From contig NZ_LT934425.1 of NCBI RefSeq assembly GCF_900232105.1, positions 2,190,001-2,222,000 of the forward strand: DNA of 32,000 nucleotides, written 5' to 3'. The notes beneath the pieces were generated by a model. It worked only from the letters and a program-made list of their open reading frames with translations, searched no databases and was not told the origin of the DNA. Position 1 is the stretch's first letter. Every line of letters begins with the position of its first letter. The translations under genes were made by a program, and so were the position numbers. This document shows, one piece after another, positions 28,290-32,000 of the stretch. Source of the stretch: Candidatus Kuenenia stuttgartensis. Lineage in GTDB: Bacteria > Planctomycetota > Brocadiia > Brocadiales > Brocadiaceae.

Positions 28290-28550
28290 ATGAAAGTATC
28301 TGTCTATGACACACACGTAGTGAAGAAAAACGGGCTGACAATGCATTTTGATATTATCGTCCCTGATGATCAGACACATGAAAAGGTTCTTCAATTTGGC
28401 CTTGAATATCTAAAAAGAGTGGGACAGGAGGGACAACCACTCACAACAAAAGAATGTCGTTTCTGCCACATGGAAGAGGCGTCAGAGGATATTGAAAAGG
28501 CTATTAAAGAAAGCGGTTATTACATTTATGAAATGGAAGGATGTCATTGA
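28290..28550 (+). CDS. DUF2024 family protein
   Basis: MKVSVYDTHVVKKNGLTMHFDIIVPDDQTHEKVLQFGLEYLK...ECRFCHMEEASEDIEKAIKESGYYIYEMEGC. Confidence 0.8.
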   Translation: MKVSVYDTHVVKKNGLTMHFDIIVPDDQTHEKVLQFGLEYLKRVGQEGQPLTTKECRFCHMEEASEDIEKAIKESGYYIYEMEGCH

Positions 28551-28585
28551 GAAACACTCCAACCCGATTTTGATGCGAGGCTAAC

Positions 28586-29441
28586 ATGGAATTCAAAAAT
28601 TTGTCGAATAACTATTAAAATACCAGTGATAGGTCTTGGAACATGGACTATTGGCGGAGGAGATGAAGCAGATACCACGTATGATAAAGAGAATATTTCT
28701 GCAATAAAAACTGCAATCAAACTTGGAATAACACACATTGATAACGCTGAAGCATATGCCCAAGGCCATTCAGAAGAACTGGTTGGAAGAGCAATCGTTG
28801 GTTTAGATAGAAAAAGCCTGTTTATCACCTCGAAAGTTTCACCGGAGCATTTAAGCTATGACAATCTTCTTGCTTCTGCAAAAGGAAGCCTGCAAAGATT
28901 AAATACGGATTATATTGATTTATATTTGATTCATGCGCCTAATCCGGATATCCCAATACAGGAAACCATGAAGGCAATGGATTTTTTAGTTGAACAGAAA
29001 CTGGTTAGGTGTATTGGGGTAAGTAATTTTTCGGTTGACCAAATAAAAGAAGCGCAGAAATATACCAAAAACAAAATAGTTGCTAATCAAATTGAATACA
29101 ACCTACTCGTAAGAGACAAAGGCAGAGTTACAGAGAATATGGAATCTGAAATAATTCCCTATTGCCAGGAAAATAATATTTTCATTATCGCATGGAGACC
29201 ACTTGCAAAGGGTAAGCTTGCAAAACCGGGTTTCAAAATCTTAGATGAATTAGCTGATAAGTATCATAAGACGCAGGCCCAAATTGCAATAAATTGGCTA
29301 ATTTCTAAAAAGGGGATTGTTGTCATTTCGAAATCAACAAAAGTTGAACATCTTGAAAAAAACCTGGGTGCAATTGGCTGGAAATTAAGACAAGAAGATA
29401 CTGATAGATTAAATAACGAATTTATTAATTCAAGGACGTAA
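28586..29441 (+). CDS. Aldo/keto reductase with probable 5' frameshift; track start is GTG at 28626
   Basis: GLGTWTIGGGDEADTTYD; IKLGITHIDNAEAYAQGHSEELVGRAI; IDLYLIHAPNPD; RCIGVSNFSVDQI. Upstream ATG at 28586 reads MEFKNLSN, and a 1-nt skip joins it to TIKIPVIGLGTW. Confidence 0.88.
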
Positions 29442-29723
29442 ATAAATTTACAAGGTTGATTATTTTTAGAAATAAAGGCTTAAATTTGCCATATTTGGAA
29501 TAAAACGTGTTTACGAAAAACCGGACGAGGGTGTGCAGAGACAGAGTATTGATTGACCGTCTATGGCCACGGGGACTCAAGAAAGAAGATGCCGCCAAAT
29601 ATTATTGAATGAAAGAGATTGTTTCCTTTGCAGGAAGGCTGTGTGTTGAAAGGGGAAAAGTTACATTTACAGGCAACCAATTATATAATGCACATAAAAT
29701 AAATTTAAAAAAGGGGGATGATA

Positions 29724-30209
29724 AGGATGACAAAGTTAGATCCAATTGTAGAATTTAGAGAAGACCACCGAAAGGTAAGGGACGGATTACTTGAATTAAT
29801 GGAAGCCTTGCAATCAAAGGATGTTGTTACGGCAAGGAAAATACTTGGCAAAATAAACGTGGCTGTCGGCCCACATTTTCGATATGAGGAAGAAACTCTT
29901 TATCCCGCACTGCGGGTATTATTAGGCGAGCACGTAGACCAGTTAATAAAGGAGCATGATGGCGTAATAGCTACTGCCCGTTCTTGTGCTGAGCTATTAA
30001 AGAAGGATAGCCTGACAGATGAAGAGGCAAAAAAGGCGACCACGGCAGCAAGGGAGCTTTTAGTCCACGTCTCAAACTGTGACGGTTTGTCCATACTTTC
30101 CGAAAGATTGAGTAAAAAGGAAGTTGATAATTTAAGCGAGAAACTTGCTGCCGCAAGAAAGGCAGGCGTACCTTTACTGGATTGGGCAGAAACCATAAGA
30201 GGCAAATGA
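29724..30209 (+). CDS. Hemerythrin HHE-like domain protein
   Basis: EFREDHRKVRDGLLELMEAL...GPHFRYEEETLYPALRVLLGEHVDQLIKEHDGVIATA. Confidence 0.8.
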   Translation, partial: RMTKLDPIVEFREDHRKVRDGLLELMEALQSKDVVTARKILGKINVAVGPHFRYEEETLYPALRVLLGEHVDQLIKEHDGVIATARSCAELLKKDSLTDEEAKKATTAARELLVHVSNCDGLSILSERLSKKEVDNLSEKLAAARKAGVPLLDWAETIRGK

Positions 30210-30217
30210 AATAAACC

Positions 30218-30631
30218 ATGGAGACAGATAAGAAAGGTTTGGCGATCATATTTCATAGCGGTTCTTACGACCGCATTTATCACGGTTTTTCCATAGTCCT
30301 TGTAGCCCTGGCATTGGGCAGAGAGGTAAGGTGTTTTTTTACCTATTGGGCATTAGAATATCTGATAAAAGGAAAGTCTGTGTTCCAGCTTAATGAAGAG
30401 GGACAGACTCACAGGAAGCTATTAGAAGCGCATATGAGAAAGGGCCATATTCAGGAAATATCTGAACTTTTAACTCAATCTAAGGCAATGGGTGCAAAGT
30501 TTTATGTGTGTACCAATTCTATGGGCTTGTTAAATATATCGCGGGATGAAATTGTAAATGAGGTTGATAAGAGTATGGGGTTAACCACATTTCTCGCGGA
30601 GACTGGTCAGGATCAAATCCTATTTATTTAA
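30218..30631 (+). CDS. DsrE/DsrF-like family protein
   Basis: GLAIIFHSGSYDRIYHGFSIVLVALALGREVRCFFTYWAL...LTQSKAMGAKFYVCTNSMGLLNI. Confidence 0.7.
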   Translation: METDKKGLAIIFHSGSYDRIYHGFSIVLVALALGREVRCFFTYWALEYLIKGKSVFQLNEEGQTHRKLLEAHMRKGHIQEISELLTQSKAMGAKFYVCTNSMGLLNISRDEIVNEVDKSMGLTTFLAETGQDQILFI

Positions 30632-30694
30632 TTTATGAAAGAAATAAAGATCATGGGTATCAACCATTGATATTGCACATATTTTTGAAAGGAG

Positions 30695-31159
30695 GTGTTT
30701 ACTATGAAGGATCGAATTAAAATCAACGATAGTGTCACATCGGCGAGTCAACCATCAGAAGAAGAAATTAAAAAACTACCGCAACAAGGATTTAAATCGG
30801 TTGTCAATCTTCGGGCTTCCGGGGAAGAAGATCAGCCACTTTCTCCAAAAGAGGAGGGGGATCTGGTTAAAAAAACAGGGATGAAATACCTGCATATTCC
30901 GGTATCAACTAAAGAAGAAATCAAGCCGGAGTTGGTTGATCGATTTCGAAAAGAAATAGAGCTTCTCCCGGCACCTGTTTTCGTACACTGCCATACGGGG
31001 AAGCGCGCCGGGGCGTTTACTATGATGTATCAGGCATTAAAAGAGGGAGTCACGGGTGAGGAAGCGATTCAGAAGGCAGAGTCTATGGGTTTTGCATGTG
31101 ATGTGCCGCAGTTAAAAGCGTTCTTCATAGACTATATTAATCAGCACGGGAAAGTGTAG
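30695..31159 (+). CDS. Protein tyrosine phosphatase-like / DUF442-type protein (likely start at 30704)
   Basis: VTSASQPSEEEIKKLPQQGFKSVVNLRASGE...PVFVHCHTGKRAGAFTMMYQAL (HCxxGxR-like signature with a Lys/Arg shift). Confidence 0.8.
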   Translation: MFTMKDRIKINDSVTSASQPSEEEIKKLPQQGFKSVVNLRASGEEDQPLSPKEEGDLVKKTGMKYLHIPVSTKEEIKPELVDRFRKEIELLPAPVFVHCHTGKRAGAFTMMYQALKEGVTGEEAIQKAESMGFACDVPQLKAFFIDYINQHGKV

Positions 31160-31288
31160 TTATAGTGAAACGTTAATAGAAAGTAGTCATTGCGATGGTT
31201 AGCCCAAAGCAATCTTTAAAAACCTCTTTAATTAGTTTTTTTAATGAAAAGTTTTGAAAATCAAAGAATATAAGGAGAAGTTTTAAAA

Positions 31289-31447
31289 ATGGAAAGATAC
31301 AAATGTTTGGTTTGTGGATATATCTATGACCCCAGTTCTGGCGATCCTGACCATGGAATTGATCCTGGCACCAGCTTTCAAAATTTACCTGATGATTGGA
31401 CATGCCCTCCATGTGGCGCTCCAAAGGAACAGTTTGAACAAATTTAA
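31289..31447 (+). CDS. Rubredoxin (52 aa, below the ORF-track cutoff)
   Basis: [52 protein letters not shown] with two CxxC pairs; upstream AAGGAGAAG ribosome-binding site. Confidence 0.95.
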   Translation: MERYKCLVCGYIYDPSSGDPDHGIDPGTSFQNLPDDWTCPPCGAPKEQFEQI

Positions 31448-31629
31448 AAGTTTTGGATAAATGACATATCAATGGAGACAGATGGGGGTAAAAAATTTCT
31501 GGATTGACCTGCTCAACTTCAACGGAGATTCACCTCAAGTCAAAAAACAAAAATGCCGCCGGAGTATCGTGTACGCTAGCACATTACCGCAAACACATGC
31601 CTCCGCGTACTATCTTCCTTTTCTGACAA

Positions 31630-31760
31630 TGCACCCAGTGCACAGAGATCGTCTTTCTGTGCGGGTGCAAGTCTTATCGCTTCAACCCCCAAGGGAGGAA
31701 CATAGGGACACTTCCCATGTTTTTTTCACCAGATCAAGCAATAAATATGGGAAGTGTCCC
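31630..31760. repeat. Two adjacent inverted repeats, possible mobile-element end or terminator
   Basis: TGCACCC-agt-GCACAGA...TCTGTGCGGGTGCA (31630..31669), and perfect 14-bp arms GGGACACTTCCCAT (31705..31718) / ATGGGAAGTGTCCC (31747..31760). Confidence 0.65.
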
Positions 31761-32000
31761 CTTAATCCCTTAATTCCCGAAGAAGCTCTTCTTTAGATAT
31801 CTTTGATTTCATAATAGCTACTTTCCGACTTATGACTTATAATCACTGATCAAGGTTTGACCCTCATTCCCCGTTTTTGGGAAATGTTTATTACTATTTT
31901 ATGGAATCAATTTAAACTATTTTCAGTAAATTATTGTATTGGTAACACAGAAACATGCATACACTTATTGAAGATAAATCATTTCGAAACAAATTATATG

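Noticed and set aside
29460-29700. Possible structured RNA upstream of the hemerythrin gene
   Set aside because: The leader is long and G-rich in places, but no known riboswitch consensus or convincing stems were found.
31461-31796. 111-aa ORF at the end of the window
   Set aside because: Composed of repeat and hairpin sequence with no protein family signal. Not reported as a gene.

Overview
The window is mostly ordinary chromosomal sequence: metabolic, transport and redox genes from what is probably an environmental bacterium. An anammox-like planctomycete is possible, but that is inference only. Supported genes include tatC with an unusual C-terminal FecR-like extension, a secreted 8-unit repeat protein, a transglutaminase-like protein, hemB, a pgl/zwf/gnd pentose-phosphate cluster, a YajQ-family protein, a zincin-like protein, a Trk/Ktr K+ uptake pair, a DUF2062 protein, a beta-CASP MBL hydrolase, a CorA transporter, an APH-like plus P-loop kinase pair, an Mg2+ P-type ATPase, a multicopper oxidase, an aminotransferase, a DUF2024 protein, an aldo/keto reductase, and a hemerythrin/DsrE-like/phosphatase/rubredoxin cluster. 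The strongest accessory signal is at 1.5-4.4 kb. There an IS4-like (Tn5/IS50-type) transposase carries an N-terminal DruA/DUF4338-like domain. Its boundaries can be read from a 9-bp target duplication. It is nested in an older element with 14-bp inverted termini and 8-bp flanking repeats, and related copies of that element occur elsewhere in the window. I also found unannotated gene remnants: a receiver plus Crp-type HTH fusion relic, and an OsmC relic abutting a nucleotidyltransferase relic. There is one likely 5' frameshift in the aldo/keto reductase, and several strong intergenic hairpins. No CRISPR array, rRNA or tRNA was recognised. I see no complete multi-gene system that I would call new.
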